DNA of 64,000 nucleotides from the human T2T-CHM13v2.0 reference genome, Homo sapiens: NCBI GenBank assembly GCA_009914755.4, contig CP086569.2, positions 7,744,001 to 7,808,000 of the forward strand, read 5' to 3'. Shown piece by piece: positions 33,823 to 50,424 of this stretch (position 1 is its first letter; each line of letters starts with the position of its first letter). The notes under the pieces were generated by a model. It saw only the letters and a program-made list of their open reading frames with translations, ran no database searches and was not told where the DNA came from. The position numbers and the translations under genes were made by a program.

Positions 33823-34405
33823 TGTTGGGGAAACCAGCCCCATGCACCACCTGGTAGTTACCTTGAGTCCAGCAGAGACAAAGGAGTTAGAAAGACAACA
33901 GAATAAGCATTAAAATGCAGGTCCAGGGAACCAGAGCTTCAGATGCTTGCTCATGGCCCAGAGCTCTTCAACGCTGCCTAATTTATTGGTTTACAAGCTC
34001 TTTGTTCTTAGGGCAGATGGGAGGAGTAGGAAGGGATGAGGAAAGGATTAATCAGTGAAGAAGTCATGAGTCATTCAATAAAATGTATAGCAGTGAAGGT
34101 TTCTGTGAATTTCCTAGAGCAAAGGTGTGTGTCTAAACTACTTAAGATCTTTAACTTATTGGGACTGAAATGGGTGGGAGTGTGTTTCAGGAGGAGCCAA
34201 GATGTTTGATTATACTCCAATGCTTCAAGGGAGTGTTATCTCCCTGAGAAACATGTGGAATGCCTCTAAATGGTTATGTTCTCAGGGCATAAAGACATGA
34301 AGGCAATAAGGAGACTTTTCTCCTCAGAGGCTGCCCATGGCTCCCCATGGGTGTCTCACACAGGGGAGACCAGCTCATCTGGCACTCCAGAAACTTTTCC
34401 CCACA
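33823..34405 (-). repeat. 3' LTR of the provirus (proviral sense).
   Basis: Direct repeat of 38186-38769. A purine tract abuts it on the internal side: the reverse complement of 34406-34440 is aaaaaagagagagagagagaaaagggggggaca, a polypurine-tract candidate. Confidence 0.85.
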
Positions 34406-34750
34406 TGTCCCCCCCTTTTCTCTCTCTCTCTCTTTTTTAATTAATAGTTTTTTAATTAATAACTGCCATTGCTATCATGGCTCATTGACACTGTCTGGCT
34501 TCTCTCTGAAGGCGCCATCCACATTTGTAGACTAAAAACAAACAGCATAGGCAGACACAAACTGAAATAAAATTTGCAACTGTTGATCCACCTTTTTTTT
34601 AATCCACTTTAAAGGATTGGTATTATAAAGGCCGTCAGTGGCCCCAGCAAGAATATCAGCTCCAGGCAACAGGGTGAGATGAACCTGAGATGCCTCAAAA
34701 AGTTTTTTCAGTTTAGCAATATCTAGTGTTAAATTATCTTCTTTTCACTG

Positions 34751-36372
34751 TCAGTGATATCTAATCATCTCCCAATGGTGTTCAGTGGCATTGTGAGAGC
34801 TAGGTGTAATAGAAAAATCAGAAGTATTCCAATCACATTGCATTTGAATTCTATGCTCCAAGCTCATAATCTGATCTCTCATCCAAATTACTGTTTGACC
34901 GGGATCATTAATTTGATTTGCCAATTTTTGATCTATTTTGCTTTGGGAATTCCAAAGCTTAGAAGAATTTTTCTCCCAACTATCCACAAAGCCCGCAGTT
35001 TGAATAGAAGAATGCAAAGCAACACCAGCAACAGCAGTAGCTGTGACAGCTATGAGGCCCATGATCACAGCTATTAAAGTAAATATGAATCTCTTTGATC
35101 TATTCAGTATTTCTTTTAGTACTTCAGTGATAATAAGTATGGAGGGGGAGGCTTCCTAAGTTCTCCTTCTTGGGCCCTAACTAGTAAAATGCTATTATCT
35201 TTATTATAGGTAGAATTAATGCAGGTAAAAAGATGGCACTTGAGGCATGATATGGCTTGAGAGTCAGGTCAGATATTAATTTTTCCCACTGCCAACATAA
35301 AAGGAGGTTTAACACAACTCTGCACTGGGACCATCTGATTAGAGGTCATGGCTACAACAAATCAAAATTTTTTATTATGGGTCTCTGTTTTATATTCTCC
35401 TTTCCAAATCTGAATTGGAGTTTGAGCCAACATTAATTTCCACAATTCTGGATGTTCTGGACTTACAATTGGATCAATCATTTTTGGGCTTGGAGGAACC
35501 ATACCATTCTCCTCCCACTTAATAAGGTAATTTGCTTCAATTCTTATATATAATTTTGGTGCATTATCTGAGTAGTCATTTGCAAAAGGAATCTCTCTAC
35601 AATCTTCACAATGTCCAGTACAATTTACTGCAAATTGTCCCCTAGAGGCCCAATCAATGACAATTTCATAGGAGTTATTTTGCAGTAAAGCAGCGGTGTT
35701 TGCAATGCAATCTTCCCAGGTTAGCACCTCTAGCTTTTCAGACCATTTAGTGGCCTGCCTAGGGCAGGACTTCTAATTAGGCTTAAATTTATTAATCTGG
35801 TGATGTGTCATAACATAACCGTGCTCAAGGCATTTAATGGTGTCCAAAGATTGAAATGTTCTTCCCCTGATTGCATGAATTGAGGCTTTTGATCCATTAT
35901 GTGCAGGGACATAAACCATCCAACTTTTTTTATCATAATTTGAACATCCTGCTTCCGGCCCAAGACAGATGGGAGGAAAGTGAAAACCAATAGAAACATT
36001 CATTAACATTCTTTCCTCCTCTGGGTGAGTAGGACCCTAGTTATCTGCTGGTCAAGGCATCCAGACACTATCAGTAACATAAAACTCCACTGGGCTGTCT
36101 GACCATGTAACAGGCCTAATCAGTGGTGGGAATGGAATGTAGGCTCAATAAGTGTAATTTTGATCTGCCTCAGCTGTGGGGAGACTTACCACCAAGGAGA
36201 TTACCACCATCATAGCTACCATTAGATTACTGGTGGTCAGAGGCTTGTTCTGAGACCTCAGGTTCTCTACTGCAATGTGAGATAGTCTCTTCATCTGCCC
36301 CCAAGTTGGTGGAGTTGTTAGGTGAGTTTTACTGGTTTCCATCTGCTCAACAGAGATGTTCATCTGAGCCAT
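34751..36372 (-). pseudogene. env remnant (SU and TM) of the HERV-K-like provirus, with frameshifts and stops.
   Basis: Minus ORFs 36145..36372, 35773..36009, 35362..35727 and 34751..35068 are collinear with the HERV-K Env N-terminus, SU, and TM fusion/heptad region. Confidence 0.8.
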
Positions 36373-37930
36373 CTAACAAATTGGGGATGCAGGGATGTTC
36401 CAAGGTCTTTTCCTCTTCCTTGGATTCTGGCTTATGGCACAGCTTAAGATGTCTTGTGGGTACCTAGACAGGAAGTTGATTCTCTCCTGGTGAGATACAA
36501 ACAAACCCTTGACCCCAACAAGACCCATGGGGGCCTTTTGTTTGGGCCAGTTTTCTGGCCATTGATAAAGAGCTATGATTGACACATCTGCTCCTGTGTC
36601 GATCAGACCCTCAAATTGTTTTTCTGGAATAGTGACCATAGAAATAGCTCTAATTGTTGCTTGACATTCTGTATTAGTATTTTCATAAGCAAGCAGGTGA
36701 ACAATCACTTTCCTGGCATGAGAATCCAAAATAGCCTTTTGCGCCATGTCTTGCAAATGGGCGACAAAATCTGGATAAGCCCCCTTGGACCCTGTTGAAC
36801 TGAGTTAAAGGAAGGCTAAGTAGTACCAGGGTCATGAATTTTTTCCCAGGCTCTTAGGCTAATAGTTCTGAGCTGATCAACATCCTCGTCACCCTTTGCC
36901 ATCTGTTGATTTAGAGTACCCCATGCCTGTCCAATTACAAGCAATTGATGAAATGTGATATTAATGGGAGGTTGGGCTTGAGCCATTCTGCATGCCTGAT
37001 TTGTTGCTTCATCCATCCACCAGATTTTAGAGAAATTCTGAGCGGGACATCTTGGATTGGGCTAATGACTCCCAATCCATAGGTATTAAATGCCAGTTAT
37101 AAGCCACAGATTGTAACAAGGAATGAACAGAAGGAGAATTTGGCCCATATTGTCCAATTGCTTGCTTTAAGTTTTTTAATATTTTAAAAGGAAATGGCTC
37201 CCAGCATGCTTGAGCATGTTCTTTAGGATCCTCAGCTGGCAAAATAATTACCAGTAACTGCCAAGCATCCAAATTGCCCATTTCTCGTTCTTGGAGAATG
37301 GATGCCTGGATTGTCCCTGCACCATAATTTGTATTAGGGCTGGCTTGCATAATTCCTCTACCATAATTAAGAGGCAGACAAGCCTGGATCGTTCCCCCAC
37401 TGTAACTGGCTGTTGGGTGAGCCTGAAGCTTCCCTTTGCCATAGTTAATGGTGGAGTATGCAACAATGGGAGCAGCAAGCCGAGTCTCAGGCTCCCATTC
37501 CAAAAATTCAAAAGGCTGAGCTGGGGGTGGCCATTCCAGATGTTCTGCTAAAGGCACAGTAGGTGGTACTGTTTCTGCGGTAGGTGGAACTGTTTCTTTC
37601 TTAAGTTTTTGAAAGTTAGCATATATAGCATCCCATTTCTCCCCCTTTTTTAAATTAGACTGTGATGGTTACTTTGCTGATCATCAGACTCCTGATTATT
37701 AAGCTTTTCTGTCATCCTGAAACCCCTCCTTCTTTTCAGTGTCAAAGGGCTCCAGTGCTGTTTTAATTGACCACCACACAGATCAAGCAGAGAGATTATC
37801 ATGGCCCTCTTGTTTTGCTCGTTTTAAGTCTGATCTGACCTTGTCGCAATCTTTTACATTCATGGTTCCATATTCAGGGAACCAATGAGAATACTTTTCT
37901 ATGAGATGGAACAAAGATGTGAGATTTTAG
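36373..37930 (-). pseudogene. gag and protease remnant. Capsid is joined directly to the retropepsin DTGAD region, so nucleocapsid is deleted. The matrix region extends to about 37930.
   Basis: ORF 36373..36756 runs from a gag-capsid-like MQDMAQKAILDSHARKVIVHLLAYENTNTECQATIRAI straight into protease EKQFEGLIDTGADVSIIA. ORFs 36816..37016 and 37027..37557 are gag capsid. The reverse complement of 37600-37900 gives matrix-like ...HWFPEYGTMNVKDCDKV...IKTALEPFDTEK. Confidence 0.75.
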
Positions 37931-38163
37931 GTACTCACAATTATCCCTCCATGGCACAATAACTGCTACAGCAGGCTTAAGTAATTAGCAAACTTACTCT
38001 CAGCCTGACCCATAGTTTCCCCAGGTTACCCTGGGTACCGTATGGGTACCCTACTTACCCGTAGAGCTTGAAGTGAAAACGTACTCAGGCTTCCTTCCTC
38101 AGTCCTCCTCCACTTTCCACGCTCTGGCGTTCCTTCACCAGATTATTTGTAGAGATTACGGGG

Positions 38164-38185
38164 AGCCCTGCATTCGGCACCAGAT
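38164..38185 (-). promoter_or_regulatory. Candidate primer-binding site of the provirus (TGG-initiated, tRNA-Lys-like, degenerate).
   Basis: The reverse complement just internal to the 5' LTR reads CA|tc|TGGTGCCGAATGCAGGGCTCC, compared with the tRNA-Lys primer-binding site TGGCGCCCGAACAGGGAC. The match is about 12 of 18. Confidence 0.35.
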
Positions 38186-38769
38186 GTTGGGGAAACCAGC
38201 CCTACACCACCCGGCAGGAACCCGGAGTCCAGAGGAGACAAAGGAGTTAGAAAGAGACAGAATACGTGTTTAAAAGGTGGGTGCAGGGGACAGGAAAGTA
38301 GGAGGCTTGCTCACCGCCCAGAGCTCTTTGGCTCCACCTAATTAACTGTTTCACAAGCTCTTTGTTCTTAAGGCAGAGGGAGGAGTAGGAAGGGATGAGG
38401 AAAAGGATTAATCAGTGAAGAATAACTTGTGAGTCATTCAACAAGATATATAGCGGTGGTGGTTTCTGTGATTTTCCTAGGGCAAAGGCATGTGTCTAAA
38501 CTACTTAAGATCTTTAACTTATCAGGACTGAAATGGGTGGGAGTGGGTTTCAGGAGGAGCCAAGATGTTTGACTATACTCCACTGCTTCAAGGGAGTGTT
38601 ATCTCCCTGAGAAACCTGTGGAATGCTGCTGAACGGTTATGCTCTCAGGGCATAAAGACAAAAAGGTAATAAGGAAAATTTTATCCTTAAAAGCTGCCCT
38701 TGCTCCTCATGGGTGTCTCACACAGGGGAGACCAATTCATTTGCCAGTCCAGAAACTCTCTTTCCCACA
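38186..38769 (-). repeat. 5' LTR of the provirus (proviral sense). Its U3/R region faces away from the RBMY ATG exon, which lies 360 bp to the right.
   Basis: Direct repeat of 33823-34405. Flanking A-rich GAAAA(A) on both sides (33818-33822 and 38770-38774) is consistent with a 5-6 bp target-site duplication. Confidence 0.85.
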
Positions 38770-39097
38770 GAAAAAAATACACACAACATCACATTGTACA
38801 ATATAAATATATAGATTTCAAATAAAATCATTTAAATGGGGCATCCTGTGTATTACAGCTTAAGAAAATTACAATAGCTTTTCCCATCTCACTTTTACAA
38901 AAAAGTTTCTGTCAGGTACATATTAAAATGCAGCATTGGACCATGAAGTCACTGCCCCTTTCGCTCTGCATGTTACACATTTTACATATTTAAAGTAAGA
39001 AACACTACAAAGATGTCAGGCTCTGTAAGGGAATTTCACTAGAATTTTCAACACAGCATGCAATAAAATTTTATCTTTTTGGCTTACTGTTATCTAA

Positions 39098-39301
<204 letters not shown>

Positions 39302-39314
39302 TAAATAAATATGT

Positions 39315-39361
39315 TGGACTCAGGGTACCTGCCAGGTGGTGTGGGGCTGGTTTCCCTAACA
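39315..39361 (+). repeat. Inverted 47-bp fragment of the HERV-K-like LTR terminus inside RBMY intron 1.
   Basis: The reverse complement tgttagggaaaccagccccacaccacctggcaggtaccctgagtcca aligns with the first 47 nt of both LTR copies at 33823 and 38186. It is flanked by TA-rich sequence. It explains why ORFs 38073..38273(+) and 39276..39539(-) both contain MLGKPA.HH.AGT.SP. Confidence 0.75.
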
Positions 39362-39690
39362 TATATATAGAGGTTATATATAGATTTTCCAAAGTAAATA
39401 TATACTCCATACATTTACTGAGTACATAAGTCAAAATATTTGTTTTTAAACAAATATTTTTATTTGTTATTTTCAAGTTTCTATTTGATATTGGGAAAAT
39501 TCTCATGGCAGCAGGTGAAGGATCTGTGGTAAAATTCACCTACTACTGAGAAAGGAAAATGAGCAAAAGTAATTGTGTTGCTGAGGTAGGGAACAAATTG
39601 GAATAAAATAGTCTGAATATAGAGGTACGTGACTTAGTATTAATAATCACAGTAATGATATGAAACACAAGCTTTTCGGTTTGTTCATAC

Positions 39691-41081
39691 TGTGTCTGGA
39701 ATTGGTGGCTTCAAGAATGAAGCCGCGGACCCTCGTCGTGAGTGTTACAGTTCTTAAAGGCAGCATGCCCAGAGTTTGTTCCTTCCAACGTTCAGATGTG
39801 TTCGGAGTGTCTTCCTTCTGGTGGTTTCGTGGTCTTCCTGGCTCAGGACTGAAGCTGCAGACCTTCGTGGTGTCACAGCTCCTAAGGTGGCATGTCTGGA
39901 GTTGTTCATTCCTCCCAGTGGGTTTGTGGTCTCCCTGGCTTCAGGAGTGCAGCTGCAGACCTTCTCAGTGAATGTTGCACCTCATAAAGGCAGTGTGGAC
40001 CCAAACCGTGAGCAACAGCAAAATTTATTGCAAACAGCAAAAGAACAACGCTCCCACAGTATACAAAGGGACCCAAGCCTGTTGCTACTGCTGACTTCGG
40101 GCAGCCTGCTTTTACTCCCTTATCTGGCCCCACCCACATCCTGCTGATTGGTCCATTTTACAGACAGCTGATTGGTCTGTTTTACAGAGCGCTGATTGGC
40201 CAATTTTGACAGTGTGCTGATTGGTGCGTTTACAATCCCTGCACTAGACACAAAAGTTCTCCAAGTCCCCACTAGATTAGCTAGATACAGAGTGCTGATT
40301 GGTGTATTTACAAACCCTGAGCTAGACACAGAATGCTGATTGGTATACTTACAAACCTTGAGCTGGATACAGAGTGCAGATTGGTGTATTCACAATCCCT
40401 TAGGGAGACATAAATGTTCTCCAAGTCCCCACTAAACTTAGGAGCCCAGCTGGCTTCACCCAGTGGATCCCGCACCTGCCCGCAGGTGGAGCTGCCTGCC
40501 AGTCCAGCGTCTTGCGCCTGCACTCAGTCCTTGAGCGGTTGATAGGACCTGGCACCCTGGAGCAGTGGGCGGCGCTCCTCCAGGAGGCTCAGGCCGTGGG
40601 GGAGCTCCCGGCGGGGTCGGGGAGGCTCAGGCATGGCGGGCTGCAGGTCCCAAACCCTGCCGCATGGGGAAGCAGCTAAGGCCCAGTGAGAAATCGAGCG
40701 CAGCACAGGAGGCCAGCACTGCTGGGGGACCTGGCGCACACTCCGCAGCTGCTGGCCCTGGTGCTAAGCCCCTTACTGCCTGGAGGTGGCCGGGCCGGCT
40801 GGCCGCTCCGAGTGCTGGGCCTGCCAAGCCTACGCCCATCCAGAGCTCTAGCTGGCCCGCAAGTGCAGCACGCAGCTCCGGTTCCCGCCCCGCCTCTCCC
40901 TCCACACCTCCGGGCAAGCTGAGGGAGCCGATTCCTGCCACAACCAGCCCAGAGAGGGGCCCTCACAGCGCAGTGGTGGGCTGAAGGGCTCCCCGAGCAT
41001 GGCCAGAGCGGACGCCGAGGCCGAGGAGGCGCCAAGAGCCAGCAAGGGCTGCGAGGGCTGCCAGCACGCTATCACCTCTCA
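39691..41081 (-). mobile_element. Solo LTR12 (ERV9 LTR), about 1.39 kb, antisense within RBMY intron 1. It carries seven CCAAT-containing 41-bp U3 subrepeats.
   Basis: The right end tcacctctca is the reverse complement of the LTR12 start TGAGAGGTGA, and the left end tgtgtctggaattggtgg is the reverse complement of ...CCACCAATTCCGGACACA. Internally: gctgtaacactcac...gaaggtctgcagcttcactcctgagccagcgagaccacgaacc (reverse complement at 39720-39960), ggctcaggcatggcgggctgcaggtccc, and ctaagccccttactgcc. The unit ctgattggtgtatttacaaaccctgagctagacacagaatg repeats at 40139-40400. The GC-rich ORFs here (39660..39971, 39776..40147, 40565..40984, 40676..41035 and others) are spurious. Confidence 0.7.
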
Positions 41082-44000
41082 ATACTATGGTGAGTCCGTT
41101 ACATTAATGGAAAAAGGTTTTCATGTATTTTAGTTCTTCTGATAAATGATTGGGAAACCAGCAAGTTCAGACACTTTGCATTTATTTTCAGAAAGCTGCA
41201 GGTGCTAAGAATGCTGTTGAATGTATGAATGGAAATGTAAGAGTCCTTTATTAATACTATCCTAACTGTTCTTTGCTTAACAGCATTTCAGGGTCTTTTA
41301 AGTATTACTAAACTTTTGAAGACAGCATAATGTCATATGATCTGAAATGCTTTAGCCATCCTCTTCTTTTTGCCATGTAAGTGCAAGTGTAGTTGGAAGG
41401 ATACTGGAATAAATGTTACACAAATTAATATATGGCAATCCTATTTGTATGTTAGTATTTTAATACAACTGTAAATAGATTTTCAAATCTTTCAAGCAGC
41501 TTTGAAACTTAGAAGGAACCCTCACAAAAATGAGACAAATCAGTCTGTATTTATTAAGTGCTATTAATGGAATTACTTCCAATTCATGGCAATACTTCAA
41601 TAGCATAGACAAACTATGGATATACAGCTCAACAAACTTACAAGATGCAAATCTTCTATAGAGAGACATCTGAACAGACTCACCAGAAGTAAAGATTCTT
41701 TCTCATTTTCTGAAAATACATTCTTGGGAAAGTATGTTTAAAACAAGATCTTTACATTGAAGGAAATGTTAAGTACTTGAAAACAGAAAATAATATGAGA
41801 AAGTTGAAGTTGGGTAACCGAACTGCTAACTGACATTTTTGCCCCATCTTTGCTCTTTTTCTCCTAAAATCGTTTTTATCCTGTCACCAGAGTGATTTAT
41901 ATAACATGAATACATAACTACTAATTTTCCCAGTGTGTTTGAGGACTTATTTTGTTCTAACCAGTGGTCTCTGTCTTATTGAATCTTAAATTCTTGGGAT
42001 TGTATGTTTATTACAGCTTTAAACTTTTGTGTAATTCTATTACCTACTGAATTCCTTTATATTGCCATCAAAATCATTGCATTCTGGACACTTTCAAGAT
42101 TTTTTGTTTTACAACATCACCCCAATCTGTTATTACTCCCCATTACTCTTTATGCTATCACAAATACGCTTTTTTGGACTTCTTGAGAGTTATTCTTCCT
42201 GGCGTATGTCTCACAAATAACAATTTATGCTTCACAAACAGCTTAGATTTTACATTTTCTTCTTCTCTGTATATTGTCAGTATTTTGTCCTCATTGTACC
42301 ACGTATTAATCTGTTGATTGTTAAATTGTCTTTAGTGCATATTTAAATTTTCCTAGTTGCTTTTGTTTCTGTTACATCTAGCACACTTCCTGGTACATAG
42401 CAGAAAGTACATTTTGGTTCACAGTTATATTTTCATATTTTAAGTTTTGGTAGAAACTGAAAATTACTTTTGGCTTTTGTAATGGTTTTGTAGGTATGGA
42501 AATAATTTTGACTTAGGTATAGTAATCTATGACAAATTCTTTTTACCCATAGTTTTCAAGCACAACAACAGGTTATTTCTATAGATATTATTTCTAAATT
42601 ACTTCATCTAACATATCTTATTGTCTAAGAATAAATAAAAATGTAATAATCACACAAAAATTAAAAAGTGAAATAAAGGAAGTACTTAGAGGTTTCAGAG
42701 GGAATGAACAGTTTAAGAAACTATGGCTGACTTCCGAATTGTGGGAAGGAAGCAGTCATGCGCAAATCTGGGGAACATATTTTGGTCCCAGAAATAACAA
42801 AAGAAGTCCCAAAGTTGAAACGACTGGCTATGTGACTGCAAGAGGTCTTGGAAAGGATTTAAGATCTTTCCCCAAATAACAAATCAATGTAATTTTTAAA
42901 TCCAATTTTTGCTGACATTTTTTCAAAAATCACCTTAGCCTATGGAAAAGGTTAAACTGAAGCAAGTTATTATGAAATTCATTAGTTCATTTAAGCATTT
43001 CTGAGAAATAACAGAAGTGTTCTATTAAAAGTCATTTATTAGGGACACTTTTAAGGCAAGATAAGAAATGAGTAAGGCAAAAAACATGAATGAAACCAAA
43101 CAAGTATCACATTTACAGAAACAGAATTAGAGTAAATATATAATTGTAAATCATATTAAGACATTTTATGTAAATGTTAGCAGAAGAAACAAGAAACAAT
43201 TCATAACGAATAATGTGGCTAATCACTTTGAATAAATAATCTTATTTTTTTAGATGACACATTATTACATATACCCGTGGGACACCAAAACAATTAAATA
43301 AGTGATGTGAATACAAATATGAAGTAGATTATATTTTGTAAAAAAGAGATGTGCTGCATTATCCCATAGAATGTGTGATGGGTTAATTTTTTTGAGGTGA
43401 TTTTTTAATACTGGAAAACTTTTCAAAGAATTTGAGTAATAGAATTTGTGTTTGATCCTTTAATGGAAAGCATGTGATCAGTAAATGTCTCAAATTTGGC
43501 ATTGAGAAAGACATGGTCATTTCAGGAGAAAAAGGTCTATTTGCTTTGGGAGAAAGCATCTAGAACTGAAATATAGTGGATGCAAAAATATTTGTAAAAT
43601 GTGGGTTAAATTTGACAATGTTATTGATAGGATACTTAATACTTTTAGTCTTTGAATGGAAAACCAATAAAAGTAAAGCAATTCAACAAATTATCTTTTC
43701 AAAGTGATGGTAGGTGGAGATCATCACCTTCTTGGAGCAACAGCAGCTCTTCAGGAAGTCTAAGATCTGCCAGAGGAGGTAGTAGAGGAACAAGCGGGTT
43801 GCATCCCTCATGTGAAGGACTCTTGGGTCATGTTTTAAAATATAAGGATGGAACCATAGGACTGAAAGTCATTAAGTTGAAGATATCAAAATTTCTCAAT
43901 TTAATTTACTTCCTTTATGTTCAGGAAATTAACTTACTGATAATTAGCAAAATTATTTGTAAGTACTAAAGATGTATTATAAGAATGATTAAAATAATAT

Positions 44001-45130
44001 GAAAATTTCATTTTAAAATCTTAATTACTTTGCATTGAAATAACACACATTTAAAACCAAATTAAGTATTTTAATGTTGATTGTTTGTACTCAACAGGTT
44101 TTCTGTAGAATTCATTTACATTCATTACGCTTTAGAGTTTCTTACTTTTGGGCCTAGAACTTCGTATAAAATGTATTATCAAAATACAATAGAATCTTGA
44201 AAACCTTCCAACAAGAAATAAGTAAGTCATTATTTTAGGATTGGTCCTGCAATATTTATTATTTGTGTATACACATGTAAGTATCTATACAAATATATTC
44301 CTTTACCATTTTGATATGCATAATTTGCACATTGGCCTGCCATAAATCATTTTGCATTTAAGAAATCTATAACTTCAGCTTCTCAAGAGTCTGTGATTCA
44401 GGAAAAGTCTAAAAACCACTGCTTCACAAATATATTAGTATCTTTCTTTGCTGGAGGATGAGTCACTGAAAATGGTATTTATGGATGATTTACTCAATAG
44501 GAATGAGGGGTCAATTTTTACTTAAAAAATCCATGTATTAAAAAAACTGGTTCAATTATATTATCTATTAACCAACCTTCAAAAGTCTAATATTTAATTT
44601 CAGTTTTAATAACCAGATGTATAATTCATTGGATATGCTTTCTCAAGTTAAAATTGCAGTGTTTGCTCCATTTTAAGGTACATAGCTTCATAGTATTTTT
44701 TTTCTCAATTGATCTTGAGAGTGAAGATTAATACTACTCTGCCATGTAATGAAAATATGCATTTCCTTACCTGTGACACCACCAGGGCATTAGAATATAT
44801 CTACATTTTGTAGATATATGAAATTTTTTTTATTATTTAATGTGCAATTCTTAAAGATTAAAATTGAGTATAGGCTAAGCTAAAAATTAATATTTCATAA
44901 TGAATTTGTAAGAACTGTATCATTCTTTTACAGATAATGTATTTTTACATTTTACAGATAATGTATTTTTCTGAGATGTAATTTTTTGATTTTGTAAATA
45001 TTTGAGTTTCTTTGAATGGAATTTGTTGTACCCTTATGATATATTTTAAGCTTTCCTCATACCAGAATTTTATGTATCATTTTTCTCTTAATATATTTTT
45101 TCTTTATCTAGACTGTATTTGTATATTTAA

Positions 45131-45490
<360 letters not shown>

Positions 45491-45801
45491 ATACTCTAGG
45501 TTTTCTAAATGAACTTTTTTTGTTTGTATTGCACTAATGTGGTATAGAAATACTAAATTTTATTAGTTTAAACAAATGGGAATTTGTAAGATTATCATAT
45601 TTAGGAAATATTTATAAACAACTAAAACTTAGCCATTTAAGACACAGCAAGTTACTTAACTGAAAAGATTTTTTTTTAAACACAGAAGATGGTGGATACA
45701 CTCTTGATCTCAACGTGACTCCTTATAGGGGAACATTTCCAGTTAAAAAAGGTCCATCTTCAAGAAGTAGAGATCCTCTTCCTAAAAAATCTGCTCCTTC
45801 T

Positions 45802-46124
<323 letters not shown>

Positions 46125-46534
46125 CTACTGTGGCAAGAAGCAATAGTGGGATGGGAGGCCAAGGTAAATGCTACCTGATAGAAGACAGTTGTTTTTGTAT
46201 GACTAAAAATGAGCTATTTTAATTGGCTGCTTAACTTTTACTTTAAGAAACAAAATAGTAGTGACATACACATGGACATACTTACTGATTGAGAGCTTTT
46301 ATTTTATTTTATTTATTTATTTTTTTATTATTATAATTTAAGTTTTAGGGTACATGTGCACATTGTGCAGGTTAGTTACATACGTATACATGTGCCATGC
46401 TGGTGTGCTGCACCCACTAACTCGTCATCTAGCATTAGGTATATCTCCCAGTGCTATCCCTCACCCCTCCCCCCAGCCCACCACAGTCCCCAGAGTGTGA
46501 TGTTCCCCTTCCTGTGTCCATGTGATCTCATTGT

Positions 46535-50361
<3,827 letters not shown>

Positions 50362-50424
50362 TATGATGTTAGCTGGTTATTTTGCTCGTTAGTTGATGCA
50401 GTTTATTCCTAGTCTCGATGGTCA

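Larger units (their letters stand above)
33823..38769 (-). mobile_element. Betaretrovirus-like (HERV-K/HML-type) provirus: LTR-gag-pro-env-LTR, 4.95 kb, with pol deleted and all ORFs disrupted.
   Basis: Two direct copies of a 584-bp LTR sit at 33823-34405 and 38186-38769. Each is tgttggggaaaccagcc...ttcccaca (TG...CA) and they differ by about 10-15% by eye. Internal minus-strand ORFs match HERV-K proteins. Env signal/N-terminus: ...TPPTWGQMKRLSHIAVENL...MVAMMVVISLVVSLPTAEADQNYTY. Env SU: MLMNVSIGFHFPPICLGPEAGC and MLTWEDCIANTAALLQNNSYEIVIDWASRGQF. Env [83 protein letters not shown]. Protease: QFEGLIDTGADVSIIALYQWPENWPKQKAPMGLVGV. Gag capsid: KQAIGQYGPNSPSVHSLLQSVAYNWHLIPMDWESLAQSKMS and INITFHQLLVIGQAWGTLNQQMAK...LRAWEKIHDPGTT. 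No RT or IN sequence is present. Confidence 0.88.

Noticed and set aside
34751-36372. Possibility that the provirus env is an intact, co-opted (syncytin-like) envelope gene
   Set aside because: The Env homology is spread over four separate minus-strand ORFs in different frames with stops between them. The SU-TM region is incomplete, about 540 of roughly 700 codons. It is not an open envelope gene.
37248-37551. ORFs 37248..37511(-) and 37291..37551(+) overlapping the gag region
   Set aside because: The Gag homology is in a different minus-strand frame (37027..37557). These are alternative-frame or antisense read-throughs with no homology.
39660-41075. Cluster of long GC-rich ORFs on both strands (for example 40565..40984 at 139 aa, 40676..41035 at 119 aa, 39776..40147 at 123 aa) that look like overlapping genes
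   Set aside because: All lie inside the LTR12 (ERV9) solo LTR. High GC suppresses stop codons, and the Pro/Ala/Gly/Arg-rich translations are typical of non-coding GC-rich DNA.
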